Notes: a model not told the origin generated them from the sequence alone. Shown: positions 1-38,440, counted from the first letter of the stretch. The stretch is DNA of 64,000 nucleotides from Somniosus microcephalus (GCA_052327205.1 CM126234.1:31248001-31312000), one strand, 5' to 3'. Translations and numbers: made by a program.

Positions 1-352
1 CCTATTTCATTTTTTCTTGTAATTTTTCCACTCCTTTCCCCCCCCCCTTTCCTTTCTCGCTCACACCTGGCAGCTATCTCTTGCCCTGCTAGTACACTTT
101 ACACCTCTCAGCCTATTACCATCTGGTCTAGCTTCTAATACCTTTTATTGTCTTTTTTATTTCTTTTGTTTCTTTTATTATTTTGTCCGATCGCAGCCCT
201 GCCTCCGATCTATCTTTTCTTTCCAGTTTTGAAGAAGGGTTCGACCCGAAACGTCAACTCAAATTTCTGTCCACGGATGTTGCCTGACCTGCTGAGTTTT
301 TCCAGCATTCTCTGTTGTTATTTCGGATTTCCAACATCCGCAGTATTTTGCT
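1..352 (+). mobile_element. Penelope-like element 3' end
   Basis: Shares gaagaagggttcgacccgaaacgtcaac...gcctgacctgctgag...ccagcatt with the 48-50 kb copies; left boundary uncertain. Confidence 0.7.
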
Positions 353-479
353 ATCGTACTAGGCTTATAGCCACCTCTGACCAGTCACCCTCCAACTCAA
401 CCTCACCAAAACTACCACCCCCCCCCTCCCCATCTCAATGAGCCATGGTTCATGTTCCCCCCCGATTGTCAGATATACA

Positions 480-1510
480 ATGGCTGAGATGCACAATGGA
501 AAACCCAACAGAATGCTGGCAAACCATTAAAGCAGTTCTCAAAAGCTGGTATTCCCTGCTCAGTAAGGAAGCAAGAGTGTTACAAACCCTGAACGAGCTC
601 AAGTGAAGGATAGCAGAACTGGAGGCTCACCATAAAAAGGCACCAGAAAGCAACGAGCAAGCCCGATTAACTAAACAGTCCAGTCAGCAGCTCAAAAACT
701 GCTCCAACACTTCAGGGCTAGATATTCCGAGCAGGGAGTACTCCTTGTGCACATCCTGCGAAAAGTATAGAAGTCACAGCAATTAAGAAAGCAGATGAGA
801 AGCTAAAGCTAACCTCCAACCCCAAGATCAACAGCAAATTCGCTGACCCTATACCTCACTTTACAACTCAAGTCATTGCACAGGAAATATCCCATTACCT
901 TGCCAACTGCCTCCCACCTTACAAAAGAGGATGCACATTCACTGGGCTCTCCAAAGTCAATACAAAACCTCCAATCTGGGAAAGTCCCTGGCCCCAATGG
1001 TGCTTCAGACCAATTCTACAAGGCCCTGGCACCTTCAAATGATACTCATTCTGCCAAAACTCTGCCACCATGTTGAACAAACAAGCATTCTTCCAGAAAC
1101 TTAACAGCCACAATCACATTAATACACAAAAGTGAACAAAGATCTTATCCCCTGCTCAGACTTGTGTTCCTGCTGACTGCAACATACCAGCCAAGATTTT
1201 AGCCACCAGACTGGAAATAGTCACTTCAGCTCTAGGCTATGCTGACAAACAGGGCTCTTGGGGGGGTCTCCAGAGTGGTGACACCACCAGATGCCTATTT
1301 AATATGACACCACTACCCTAGTACTTGCCCTAAACAAGGCTGGGAGCAGTGTTAATTTCTGCTCACTATACTCAAGCAAATGAGCTTTGATGCCATGTTG
1401 AGGAACTGGATGAAAATCCTCAAATCAAAACCTCATCTTCTGGCTGCACCAATGGCCTCAGCTCATCTGTATTACCAATGATGGACCATACAAAAGGTGC
1501 CCCGTATCTC
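480..1510 (+). mobile_element. Degenerate L1/Tx1-like LINE ORF2 remnant
   Basis: KSIQNLQSGKVPGPNG..DQFYK resembles the LINE GKAPGPDG..EFYK motif; A-rich strand; many stops. Confidence 0.6.
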
Positions 1511-2169
1511 CATGAGGAATGTACTAAAGGTGGTAGAGCTGCTCAATTCAGATGTATTCTCAAGGCAGTTGGCAAATTCAGTGTGGATGTGGGCCAGGTG
1601 GGCTACATATCACGTAGGTTATATTTTTTCTAAAAAGTAATGTAACCCAGTTTAATTAACTACTGCAAAAGGATTCATGGGATACTGGGCTTCATCACAA
1701 AAGGTTTAGAATATAAAAGCAAGGAACAAATCAAAAATGAGGAAAGTGGGTAGAAAACAAAGAAATTAAGAACTTATAAAAGCAGCTAATCCTGAATGAC
1801 CAGTCAGGAGAACCTACCAATAAAAGGTGAACCAATCAAATCACAACACTTGTTCCTCAGTAACAAATTTCTACATTTCCAAAATAAGGTTTTAAGGCAA
1901 GATTAAAAACGTAACATTTCACAAGAACCACTTTAAACAGAATTGTCTTGTAACACCTTCATTAAAGTCTTTACTTCAAGGCCTCCTTAAAAGCCAAGGC
2001 TAGTTTGCCGCCTTAGACAGTTGACATGAGTTACTAATCACATCCGTGCAGTTTGAGCATGTGCAGTTTAGAGGAGAATTTCCCAGCATGCACCTTCTCT
2101 GCTACAAGGAGAACAATCCCAGCATCTCTGGTCTCTCCATATAACTGAAGACCCTCCCTGGTACCATTC

Positions 2170-3095
2170 TACATAGGGTATACGGCACAGAAACAGGCCA
2201 TTCGGCCCAACCAGTCCATGCCACTGTTTATGCGCCACACGATCATCCTCCAGTCTTTCCTCATCCAAATCTATCAGCGTAACCCTCTATTCCCTTCTCC
2301 TTCATATGCTTGTCTAGCCTCCCCTTAAATGCATCTATACCATTCGCCTCAACCACTCCCTGTGGTAGCGAGTTCCACATTCTCACCACTCTCTGGGTAA
2401 AGAAGTTTCTTCTGAATTCCCTATTGGATTTCTTGGTGACTATCTTATATTGATGGCCTCTAGTTATGCTCTTCCCCACAAGTGGAAACATTCTCTCTGA
2501 ATCCACTCTATCAAAACCTTTCATAATTTTAAAGACCTCTATTAGGTCACCCCCGTCTTATTTCCCCCGCCACCCAACGCCCCCCCCTCCCAACAAAGAA
2601 AAAAAAAAAACCCAGCCTGTTCATCCTTTCCTGATGTGTATATTCTATAAATCTCCTCTGCAACCTCGCCAAAGCCTTGACACCCTGCTTAAAGTGTGGT
2701 GCCCAGAATTGTGGACAATACTCCAGCTGAGGCCAAACCAGTGATTGATAAAGCTTTAGCATAACTTCCTTGCTTTTGTACTCGTATGCCTCCATTTATA
2801 AAGCCATGGTTCCTGTATGCTTTGAGATTTATCAACTTGCCCTGCAGATTTGTGTATGTGAATCCCAGGTCTCTGTTCCTGAACCCCCTTTAAAATTGTA
2901 CCATTTTGTTTACATTGACTTCATTTTTCCTCCCAAAATGCAGCTCTTCACACTTCTCCGAATTAAATGTCATCTGCCAGGTGTCTGCCCATTTCACCAT
3001 TGTGTCTATGATCTCCTGAAGTCTACCACTATCCTCCTCACTGTTCACTACAGGTCATCTGCAAACTTTGAAAATATGTACTCTTATACCAATGT
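2170..3095 (-). mobile_element. CR1 LINE 3' fragment
   Basis: [36 protein letters not shown]; CR1 3'UTR ggccgaatggcc. Confidence 0.9.
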
Positions 3096-6000
3096 CTAGG
3101 TAACATACACCAGCCAGCTTCCCTCAGCTTCATACAGTAACCATATTCACCAGAGCATCCGTCCTTCAAAACTAGTAGTGCCTATAGAATTAAAAATAGC
3201 ACAAGTATTATTTGTGAGACCACCCCAGCTTGCATTCCAAACCTATCCCATCCCACCAGCATATGTACTTTATGGTCAAACATTTTCTTAGAGATTACTT
3301 TGTGTATGCTATATAAGTTTTTGAATTAAAGTTTAACTTTTAGGATACCAGTCGACACAATTGTGCTAAATTTGCCTTCAGTAGCTCAAACAGTGAGTGA
3401 GTATTTACACACTCCAGACTGTAACCCAGATTAGGATCTTTCAAGTATAAATTTAGTTACACCGCTTCCCCTCCTGAAGCGAGTGACTCATGCTAGGGGA
3501 CCCACCAAATGGTCCTCACCCAAGTGGCCATTCTTCATTGCCTGCATTACCAGGTTAATCAACCATGGGGAGGCAGAGTTGTTATACACAGCGTTACTAA
3601 AAAAAAAACTGCCCTCACCAAACAGCCACACAAACTTTCCAGCAGGAGTCAATTTATAGCAAGGAGTGCAGACTCTGCCTCTGATCGAAGGAGGGGAAAA
3701 AACAGCGCCATCACCATTCTAGCTGAGATCAGCTCATTTAGAAAGCAGAGAATGAACTTGGATCCTTTTTGGACTGTACATTTCAGTACAACAGGAGACT
3801 ACATTCATTAACAAAACTATCAAAGTGGAGTTATTGAAAGGTCAAGACAGTTATAGCATCCATTGGTTAAAAAAATGTTTGACAAAAGACACCCATTTAT
3901 TTTGCATGTCACCAAAATTCTCTACTGTCCCCAATGCAATTTTCTCCCCTCCTCACTCTGACCTTACCCAAGTGGCCATAAGCAGAAGGCATCATAACCT
4001 AATCTTGGCCTTATCCAATGCCAGTGCATGCACACTTTATAATTTATAAGATATAGGAGCAGGAACCCAGTCTAATTGTACGCACCAGCTGAGATCAGAC
4101 TGGGCCTTCAACACGCCAGGCAATAGCTTACCACCATCAGGGTGCCAAAACAGATGCATATGAACACTCCACAAAACAGTGCAAAAAGAAATCAAGATTA
4201 ACCTGTTAAGAGTAATGATAAGAGGTGCAAGTTAAGAATTGCCATAACTTCCATTGTAGAGTGTCTTAAATCTATTCAAAACTTATCTCTCTGGCTCACA
4301 GCAAAACACAATAGATACACATGATGGCATGAGCACAAATTAAACCTTTATTGGAGGTACCTCATGCATGAGGTGCAAGCCCATTAAGGGTTGCAATGCA
4401 AGAGGGACCACACTGCAGTACAGGAGCAGCACTGTGCAGGTTGAAAGTTGGGGTGGATTCTGGAGTTTGAACTGGTTGCCATCTAGCCCCATCTCAAACT
4501 GGTACAGTCAGTTTTTTTTTGTTGGGGGGGGGGGGGGGGGGGGGGGGAAAGAAGAGAAAGAGGAGGAGGAGGAAGAAGAGGAAAAAGGAGTTAAATTTAA
4601 ATTGTTGGGTTTTGTGGGGGTTTAAAATTTAAATATGGGATTCATCAATTTTATTATCTAGTTAAAAGGGACTCTGAATCAGGCAGTTTCATATGTAACC
4701 TCCATTTTAGACACATCCATAGCATCCAGTTGGTGCAATATTGATTAAGTTGAATGCAAATCTGACTGTTCTAGTTATAGCCATGTTTCTGCCAGCAGTT
4801 AATGAACTTGAGCACATCGCAAACATCAAAGTGCTTCACGTATAATGAATTACTTTTTGAAGTGCAGTCATTGTTGTGGTAAAAGCAACAGCCATTTTGC
4901 GCACAGCAAATAAGATGAATTGCCTGTTAAAGGGAGGCATTGGTCAGAATACCAAAGAGCGTCCGGTTCCTCTTCAAATAGTGCAATCGAAACCTTTATG
5001 GCCACCTGAACAAGCAGATGGAACCCCAGGTTAACATCTCAACTGAAGGACAGCTTCTTTAACGATGCAATATTCATGAATGCACCAAGTGCCAGCCTTG
5101 ATTTTGCACCCCAAGTCTGGAGTAGGGTTTAAAACCACAAACCTCTGATTGGGAAGTGGAAGAGCCATGCAGATACTTGATTCAACACTTCAAGCACCAG
5201 TCAAAAATGTGGGTCAGTTGCTCACTCATTGATGCCATGTGCCAGTTCCCTTGCGCGCAAGTACAAGAATGAATCCACTGAGCTGTAAAATATTTCCTTC
5301 GCGCTATTGCAGTAATAATGCTGAAAACTCAAATATTCGGGATGTGAAGTGCAGCTCATCCTCTCCCGTTCCCCCCCCCTCTTGTTTGAATCTTTTCATT
5401 GTAAATGCAACCAGTAAGTGAAAATTAAGCATCTTGTTCACTCAGCATATTTAAGTAATGTTAATGCAAGAAATAGAACGGTCTGGTTTTAGAGAATGCC
5501 ACACCTTCATTTGCATGGGCTCAAGCTTGCATCCACAAATTTGCCTCAATTATAATTAGCAACGCTGCTATGAGTGACTACAATAATTCCAGCACAACTC
5601 ATTTGGTTCTGGTTGGCTTCATAATAAGATCGTTGCAGTGAGCACAATAGACACACGACAAAGCAGGTGGGACAATAGGTCAGACAACACTGCATCAGTT
5701 ACCATCAGTGCCCCACCCAGAAAACAGAACCCAACTTTGGCGAGACTTCTCTTTCCAATACACAAAACTAAGCACAATGTCATATACATACAAGACTGCA
5801 TTGATGTTGAAATAACATTGAAACAGCATTTGAAAGAGTGCATGGGGTTAGTGATCTGCAAGACAACTCAATATTCACAAATTATTAGATTGAAAAGGCC
5901 AAAATCATTTCACAAGCAACATTCAAAATAGTACGATTGTTGCACTGTGCCAAGTTCCAATATACGTCTTCAGGTTATTGCTTTGGGAGGGAGGAGACAA

Positions 6001-6570
6001 TCTCTCTTGCTCACTCCATGTTGTATGCTTATGTTACCTTTACAACTCAAGATAAATCCAATGCCTACATAAAGTTAAAGAAAAAGGAAATGTCCTAAAG
6101 CTTAGTTCTTGTCTTAGACATCAGAATGGAGTAGTCAAAAATCAAGCCCTGGTTAATCCAGAGGAGGTCGATCCTTAAAATTGAATAGAATTCACCTTAC
6201 TAATCTGCATTAAAACGTAGTGGTCAGTGTCCTGTGAGAATCAACACGCCCATGTATTACCAGCATTCATTTCATTTGAATTACATGGTCAGAACTTGAA
6301 GGAAGGCAATTGGTAACAAATAATACAAGTGCAGTTGGGAAATAGCAACAGGAAATATAATCTTAATGCTGCAGTTGTGATTTTTTTTTTACCTGTGTCA
6401 AAGCATCTGCAGACTGGAAAGGCGGGGAAAGCAAGTGTAAACCCAAGGGATTATTCCAATTTCATTTATGTGGTACCTACTTACAAAAGGAACCTTTTTT
6501 TGGTACTTCAATCTGCACAAGGAAGAGAGACAGACCAGTCTAAACAAATGTAACTAATTCAAGCCACATT

Positions 6571-6576
6571 TTTATT
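6571..6576 (-). terminator. NACA polyadenylation signal AATAAA
   Basis: First AATAAA ~80 nt after the stop codon, with T/GT-rich sequence downstream. Confidence 0.75.
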
Positions 6577-6657
6577 TGAGGTTTATCAATATAAATGGTA
6601 CAAATGTACTGAAGCTGCACCAAAGGGACCGTTAACCACTCCTGCATTTTCTGACGC

Positions 6658-31051
<24,394 letters not shown>

Positions 31052-31514
31052 TCAGTTAGCAGAAACTCACTTGCCATAATTAAGAGCGCTCGTGTAAAGG
31101 ATTAAGTGCCAGCACTGTTGCCAGGAATTTCTGGCAAGGCAGAGGATGCAGCCTTTGCAACAAACTTACCTTGGGAAAAGTTTTATAAAGTACAATCTAC
31201 ATACAGCAGCTTTGAGACACTTACATTATTCAAAATGTACAGAAATAGCAGAAACACTTTGCTGCAAAACTAGGTTCACCAGAGGCACTCACCATTACAG
31301 AAGATGCTCAGCATTTCTTAGAGTTACACCCAATTGTGAAATATTACAGCAAAAGTGAGCCAGATTTAAACTAGTGGATAAATCATACCTAAATTTGGTA
31401 TCTCAGCCAAAAATTGAACAGACAAGGAGCTGAGAAATCATAACCATGTGAATCGAAGAGAGAAGACATACAACTTGGTTCAGTGACGACAGAACCAGAA
31501 AGGAGCATTCCGAA

Positions 31515-31670
31515 ACATAAAAGCAGAGAGATGCTGGAAATGTGAAATTAAAAAAGAAAAAAAACAGAAAATGCTGGAAATACTCTGCCGGTCAGGCAGC
31601 ATCTGTGGAGAAACAGCGTTAACGTTCCAGGTTTGACCGGTCGAGTGTTTGCCAGCATTTTCTGTTTTCA
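31515..31670 (-). mobile_element. Short Penelope-like terminal fragment with fold-back
   Basis: acagaaaatgctgg...gtcaggcagcatctgtggaga followed by inverted ccagcattttctgt. Confidence 0.65.
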
Positions 31671-32739
31671 ATGCCAAAAAACATAATTCTGTCTGCTGCT
31701 CCTACCAGCTCAGATCATTTAGCACCTTATGCTTGGGACTGGCAGGAGATGGAGAACCAGTGTGTGAAGGAAGTGGCACTGCAAGTGTGCAGTATACAGC
31801 AAGCAACAATTCTCCCTTTTACTTAGAGCTGCAGGAACTTTTATTGACCATTACTGGATTACATTAAAAAGTTACACACACTTTATACAACTAGTAATTT
31901 AACAGGCACTGGTCTTACTCATGTGAGTACAGACAGGTACAAAAAGCGAACAAGGGCATCTGATCACCATAAGCTACAATCACATTAGCTCTATGTAATG
32001 ACCATTGCTCCTTTACTGGATTTCAACTGCTACATAGCATACTTTAATTTTTTTTTTTTTTTAAATACTAGTACTTCCTTTAACCAGGCTTTTGGTCTTT
32101 GCAAAGAGCACATGATATTGAGGTTTATGATAGGCCGGGGGGGGGGGGGGGGGCGCTGCCTAATGGTCAGTACTTATTTGCGACGATAACTAGCAGAAAT
32201 CCAGAGGCAGTGTGCACCTGTAGAGGAAATATTCCGCAACACAAAATACCCTAGAAGTCAGAATAGCACTTAACACAAAAAGATAAAAATAACTACGTGA
32301 AAAGTTTCTTTATAAACTCAAATTGCCGAAAAGAACGTCACATTTCAACAGCAAGGGCAAAAAAATAACGATCCACCAAAAAAAAGTTTGAAGACGATTT
32401 GCACACAGATAAACGGCTCCCTATTACAAACTAGGGGTATGGTCGAAACAACTTTTCGTGGCCTACCTCAGCACATTAAAGAAAAATTGAAACCAGTTGA
32501 AAACAGATAACCCGCTAAATATATCCACGGCCTCAAAAAGCACATTCGGGCAAAAAACCTCGACTCCTGGGTTTCTCTGCCCCCACCCCACCACTAAACT
32601 GCTACTGCTGGGACACCACGAGATTGCTGCTACTGCCCCCTCCCTCCGAGTCCCACACATTTCTGGTAAAGCCACCCCACCGTTTTGTTTACACACTTTC
32701 ACAAGTAAATTTTGACGACAGCTGAAGCATAAAGCGCCC

Positions 32740-33100
32740 CTTCCCTCACGGCGCGAAGTTTGCGCCCATTGCCCGCGGTTTAATCAACGGATGGAAGCGG
32801 ATTTTGCACAGACACTTACTGCCTCAGTTCGTCAAATCCAAGATGGCTGGGGAAAGAGGCAGGAATTCTTTCACACAGATGTTAAAAAAAGTCGCGCTTG
32901 TGCTTCCGGGTCGCCGGCTGTCCCGCGAAGTCCCGCCCCTGTCGCTTGCTGATTGGTTCACACTCCCCGCGGGCCACCATTTCCGGTTGGCCTGTTGCTG
33001 TCCCTCCAGACCGGGCTCGCCACGCGCCCAGGTGGCCATGGAGATGGAGCGCGCTCGAGGCCTTCCGCCACCGGAGGGATTGGAGTGTATCATCACCCCC
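32740..33100 (-). promoter_or_regulatory. CpG-rich NACA promoter
   Basis: Local CpG enrichment; ETS-like CCGGAA motifs (~32903, ~32981), GC box CCCGCCC (~32932) and CCAAT box (ATTGG, ~32952) just upstream of the TOP start. Confidence 0.75.
32820..32858 (-). other. NACA: NACA non-coding exon 1 with 5'TOP start
   Basis: Minus strand reads CTCTTTCCCCAGCCATCTTGG...GAGGCA|GTAAGT: TCT/TOP-like initiator, YY1-like GCCATCTT and a consensus donor; exact TSS (32856-32858) inferred. Confidence 0.85.
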
Positions 33101-33184
33101 GGCAACCACATTTTAATTTAATTTCTTACGGTTCCTTTTAATCTGTTCTAAGTTACAATCCTTTAAAAAGGAGACACATGGTTG

Positions 33185-33766
33185 ACTTTTGAGTACAAAA
33201 GTAGAGAAGTTATGCTGAACCTTTATAAAGCGCTGGTTAGGCTACAACTGGAGTATTGCGTCCAGTTCTGGTCACCACACTTTAGGAAGGATGTGAAGGC
33301 ACTTGAGAGGCTGCAGAGGAGATTCACCAGAATGGTTCCGGGGATGGGGGATCTTGGCTACAAGGACAGGTTGGAGAAGCTGGATTTGTTTTCATTAGAG
33401 CAAAGGAGGTTGAGGGGTGATTTGATAGAGGTGTACAAGATTATGACGGGTTTGGATAAGCTAGACGGGGAAAAGCTGTTCCCTAGTGGGAACACAGATT
33501 TAAGGTTTTGGGCAAGAGATACAGAGGGGGATGTGAGGAAAAACTTTTTACGCAGCAAGTGGTGAGGACCTGGAACTCGCTGCCGACCGAAGTGGTGGAA
33601 GCGGAGACACTCAATGTTTTCAAAGGGAGACTGGATAGGCACTTGAGGGAAATAAACTTGCAGCGCTATGGGGATAGAGCGAGGGAATGAGACTGACTGG
33701 ATTGCTCTACAGAGAGCCGGCACGGACTCGATGGGCCAAATGGCCTCCTTCTGTGCCGTTATGACT
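33185..33766 (+). mobile_element. CR1 LINE 3' fragment
   Basis: EYKSREVMLNLYKALVRLQLEYCVQFWSPHFRKDV...RLRGDLIEVYKIM. Confidence 0.93.
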
Positions 33767-33992
33767 CTTGACTTTTAATAGGCAACAGCCTATGATAAAG
33801 AGTTGCCCTGCTCAGTCTCGGAGTTGTTCACAGGGGATTATGTCAATCTACATTATTGATATCCGCCAGTGCTCCTCGCAGTACAGCATGTCAAATAAAC
33901 TGCACTGTGTCAAAGTAATCCCCTTTTTAGCCAGACAAGTATCTGATCAGCATCTTCAAGAGTTTCCAAACCAAATTCTTGAGAAATTTAAA

Positions 33993-34225
33993 TAAAGACT
34001 TGCATTTTTATAGCACCTTTCACGACCTCAGGACGTCCCAAAGCACTTTACAGCCAATTAAGTACTTTTTGAAGTGTCGTCACTGTTGTAATGTAGGAAA
34101 CGCAGCAGCCAATTTGTGCACAGCAAGCTCCCATAAGCAATGTGATAATGACTGGATAATCTGTTTTAGTGATGTTGCTTGAGGGATAAATATTGGCCCA
34201 GAACACTGGGGAGAACTCCCCCTGC
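33993..34225 (-). mobile_element. SINE 3' part, same family
   Basis: aaagacttgcatttttatagcacctttcacgacctcaggacgtcccaaagc... Confidence 0.75.
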
Positions 34226-34897
34226 ACTTTACATGGGTAGATTTTCTATTTGCTGGATTATAGAATGCACCCTTGCCAAAGGGTCATACCCCATTTAAGC
34301 AAGTCTAAGGAGTTGAGGTACAATCTGACAGATTGAGTACTGCTGGAGTTTAACTTAAAAGCTGTCCAGCTTACCAGCACAGAGCACTGGTATACTTCTC
34401 ATAGCTTGTTCAGCCAGGATCTGGTGGGCTGTTGAGGCACTGGTGTAGAGTTATCTGGAGCCAAGTGGGAAGCATCAAGCTCCTATTGATCTATCTCTCC
34501 AGGCTAACAAGTCAATCATAAACATTGCTCGGGGTACTGCAGACCTGTTTGGATCAGGCATCAGACTATTGAGTCTGCCAATAGAGGCTTGACTTGGTTT
34601 TGAGCTTCCAATCCTAGTGATGGAATTAAAGTAATCAGTGATCCAATCTACAAATAATGTACTTATTTCTGCAAAACGGTGTTTGTAAGAGACATAGAAT
34701 GATGGATCAGTGACTCACGTCTATGCTAAAAATTGCTGTAATTTCTTCACAGTCATGCAGTTTGCGTTTGAGCACATCTTAGCTGCAAGTTACAGAGCAG
34801 CATGGTGGAATACTGGGAAATTATTCCGCCCTTATTCTGGACTGGATGACCAAAAAAAGTGTAAAGAAGATAGAATTAGAAATACAGTAAATCATTG

Positions 34898-35545
34898 AGT
34901 ATGTTGGCCTTCATAGCGAGAGGATTCGAGTACAGGAGCAAGGATGTCTTGCTGCAGTTGTACAGGGGCTTGGTGAGACCACACCTTGAGTATTGTGTGC
35001 AGTTTTGGTCGCCTTATCTGAGGAAGGATGTTCTTGCCATGGAGGGAGTGCAGCGAAGATTCACCAGACTAATACCTGGGATGGCAGGAATGATGTATGA
35101 AGAGAGATTGAGTCGATTAGGCTTATATTCGCTAGAGTTTAGAAGAATGAGAGGGGATCTCATTGAAACTTATAAAATTCTAACAAGACTAGACAGACTA
35201 GATGCAGGAAGGATGTTCCCAATGGCGGGGGAGTCCAGAACCAGGGGTCACAGTCTAAGGATAAGGGGTAAGCCATTTAGGACTGAGATGAGGAGGAATT
35301 TCTTCACCCAGAGAGTGGTGAACCTGTGGAATTCTCTACCACAGAAGGCAGTTGAGGCCAACTTATTAAATATATTCAAGAAGGAGTTAGATATATTTCT
35401 TAAGGCTAAAGGGATCAAGGAATATGGGGAGAAAGCAGGGACAGGGTACTGAATTTGGATGATCAGCCATGATCTCATTAAATGGCAGAACAGGCTCGAG
35501 GGGCCGAATGGCCTATTCCTGCTCCTATCTTCTTTGTTTCTATGA
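34898..35545 (+). mobile_element. CR1 LINE 3' fragment
   Basis: 185-aa intact C-terminal ORF2 segment plus 3'UTR. Confidence 0.95.
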
Positions 35546-35799
35546 TAAATGGTTGTACACGAGAATGACCATAATTTCAATCCTTCTCTTGCCTGTGAAT
35601 CAATAATCACTGCCGTTCACATTTCCCTCCAGAATGTTTGCCATCCATGGCCTTATTGCAGATGACTGCATTAACACACACCATATTTTCACCTACTCAT
35701 ATCTCCTAACAATTACCAGTTTACTACACTTCCCCATTCAATTTGAGAACAATCATTATGAACCGCCATTATGCGACTGAAGATGAAGGTCAAGTGTAG

Positions 35800-37225
35800 G
35801 GCCCACTATTTAAGAAAGGAGGGAGAGAGAAAACAGGGAACTACAGACCAGTTAGCCTGACATCAGTAGTGGGGAAAATGCTAAAATCTATTATTAAGGA
35901 CGTGGTAACAGGGCACTTAGAAAATAATAATAGGATTGGGCAGTCAACACAGATTTATAAAAGGGAAATCGTGTTTGGCGAATCTGTTAAGAGTTTTTTG
36001 AGGTTGTAACTAGCAGAATAGATAAGGGGGAACCAGTGGATATGGTGTATTTAGTTTTTCAGAAGGTATTCGATAAGGTGCCACACAAGAGGTTATTAAA
36101 CAAAACTAGGGCTCATGGGATTGGGGGTAATATACTAGCATGGATTGAGGATTGGTTAACAGAGAGTAGGAATAAACGGGTCATTTTTGGGTTGGCAGGC
36201 TGTGACTAGTGGGGTACCGCAAGGATCAGTGCTTGGACCTCAGCTATTCACAATCTACATCAATGATTTGGATGAGGGGACCAAATGTAATATATCCAAG
36301 TTTGCTGATGATACAAAGCTGGGTGGGAATATAAGTTGTGAGGAGGATGCAAGGAGGCTTCAAGGGGATATAGACAGGCTAAGTGAGTGGGCAAGAACAT
36401 GGCAAATGGAATATAATGTGGAGAAATGTGAAGTTATCCACTTGGAAAAATAGAAAAGCAGAGTATTTTTTAAATGGTGAGAGATTGGGAAATGTTGATG
36501 TTCAGAGGGACCTGGGTGTCCTTGTACATGAATCACTGAAAGTTAACCTGCAGGTACAGCAAGCAATTAGGAAAGCAAATGGTATGTTGGCCTTTATTAC
36601 ACAAGGATTTGAGTATAAGAGTAAAGACATCTTACTACAATTATATAGGGCCCTGGTGAGACCACACCTGGGGTATTGTGTAGTTTTGGTCTCCTTACCG
36701 AAGGAAGGATATACTTGCCATCGAGGGAGTGCAACGAATGTTCACCAGACTGATTCCTGGGATGGGGGGATTGTCCTATGAGGAGAGATTGAGTAGACTA
36801 GGCCTATATTCTCTAGAGTTTAGATGAATGAGAGATGATCTCATTGAAACATACAAAATTCTTACAGGGCTTGACAGGGTAAATGCAGGATGTTTTCCCT
36901 GGCTGGGGAGTCTAGAACCAGGGGTCACAGTCTCAGAATAAGGGGTTGGCCATTTAGGACTGAGATGAGAAATTTTTTCACTCAGAGAGTGATGAATCTT
37001 TGGAATTCTCTACCCCAGAGGGCTGTGGAGGCTCAGTCATTGAGTATATTCAAGACAGAGGTCGATAGATTTTTGAATATTAAAGGAATCAAGGGATATG
37101 GGGATAGTGCAGGAAAGTGGAGATGAGGTAGAAGATCAGCCATGATCTATTGAATGGCGGAGCAGGCTCGAGGGGCCAAATGGCCGACTCCTGCTCCTAT
37201 TTCTTATGTTTTTATGTTCCTATGT
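35800..37225 (+). mobile_element. CR1 LINE 3' fragment (RT domain)
   Basis: SGVPQGSVLGPQLFTIYINDLD...SKFADDTKLGG; tail ttcttatgtttttatgttcctatg. Confidence 0.95.
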
Positions 37226-38117
37226 AAAGACAGAGCACGTTAAGCTTTTACTGAAGATGGTCACTCACACTGGGAAACATTTCCACAGGTGCTGGCTATC
37301 CTCAGGTAGCCCTCTGCCCCAAGTGGCCAGTCATCCTGTGTGGGCCTCAACACCGAGTGTTGTCAGTTTGTCTCACTGTTTGGGAAAGGACGCCATCACA
37401 GCCAATCCAATTAATGCCAATTTTAGGCTGTGGGCTCACACTCACCAGATACTGGGTGGAAATTGCCCAAACTATTTTCACATATTCCAGCAGAGAAAGG
37501 AGACATTCAGATCACCGTCTGGGATTTAAAACCAGCACCTCGAAGTGAAAGGACAATGTGTCAGCCATTCCTCCATGGAAAATCGAGAATGAGACAGTAT
37601 GGAATCACATTGGTGTACTGGGAAATATATTTTAACATGTTTATGGGTAAATTATATGCAGCTGCATTTACAACAGGCCGACATGGCCACTATTGTGCAG
37701 ATATGTTTGTCATTCTCATTCTCTACCAAAATGCAACATGAAGCAGAAGCAGAGTGACAGATCTGTGTGAATTCCCACAATGTCAGATTATGGATGGGAA
37801 ACGTGTGATAATAACAGGAGTCCACTTTATTAAAAGGCTATTGTAGTATTTTTGGATTGCAAGAAAATAAATTAGACCAGGGCGGGGGAAGGACCTCCTT
37901 CCCCATTTGATGGTTTCATTACTGAATGTATTTTTCTTCCCAGCTGGGTTTCTGGGTGGCACGCTATGGGAAACTACTGGGGTGTGGGGGCTCCCAGTAT
38001 TACATCAGACCAACTGGAATTGGAGCTTCTTCTGGACAATCAGAGAACTCCTCAATCACAGGCATGGGGAAGTTCCCAGCTCAGATCATTACATCGATTG
38101 GATGGAGGAGGAGAATG

Positions 38118-38440
38118 AAAGAAAGACTTGCATTTATATAGCGCCTTTCATGGCCACCTGATGTCTCAAAGCGCTTTACAGCCAATGAAGTACTTTTTGC
38201 AACCTAGTCGCTGTTGTAATGTAGGAAACGCGGCATCCAATTTGCGCACAGCAAGCTCCCACAAACAGCAATGTGATAATGACCAGATAATCTGTTTTAG
38301 TGATGTTGATTGAGGGATAAATATTGGCCAGGACACCGGGGAGAACTCCCCTGCTCTTCTTCGAAATAGTGCGATGGGATCTTTTACGCCCACCTGAGAG
38401 AGCAGACGGGGCCTCGGTTTAACGTCTCATCCGAAAGACT
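38118..38440 (-). mobile_element. SINE (Deu-domain-like, tail aaggcgctatataaatgcaag)
   Basis: Homologous to copies at ~4800-5150, 33993-34225, 62047-62420 (minus) and ~48900-49305 (plus); family name from recall. Confidence 0.75.

Noticed and set aside
4523-4590. Long G/C homopolymers here and elsewhere (e.g. ~7996, ~29972, ~53842) as functional G-quadruplexes
   Set aside because: Such runs are scattered throughout the window without positional pattern, and their lengths are error-prone
37907-38161. ORFs following a good-looking plus-strand acceptor
   Set aside because: No recognisable protein; they run into a SINE tail and I found no partner exons
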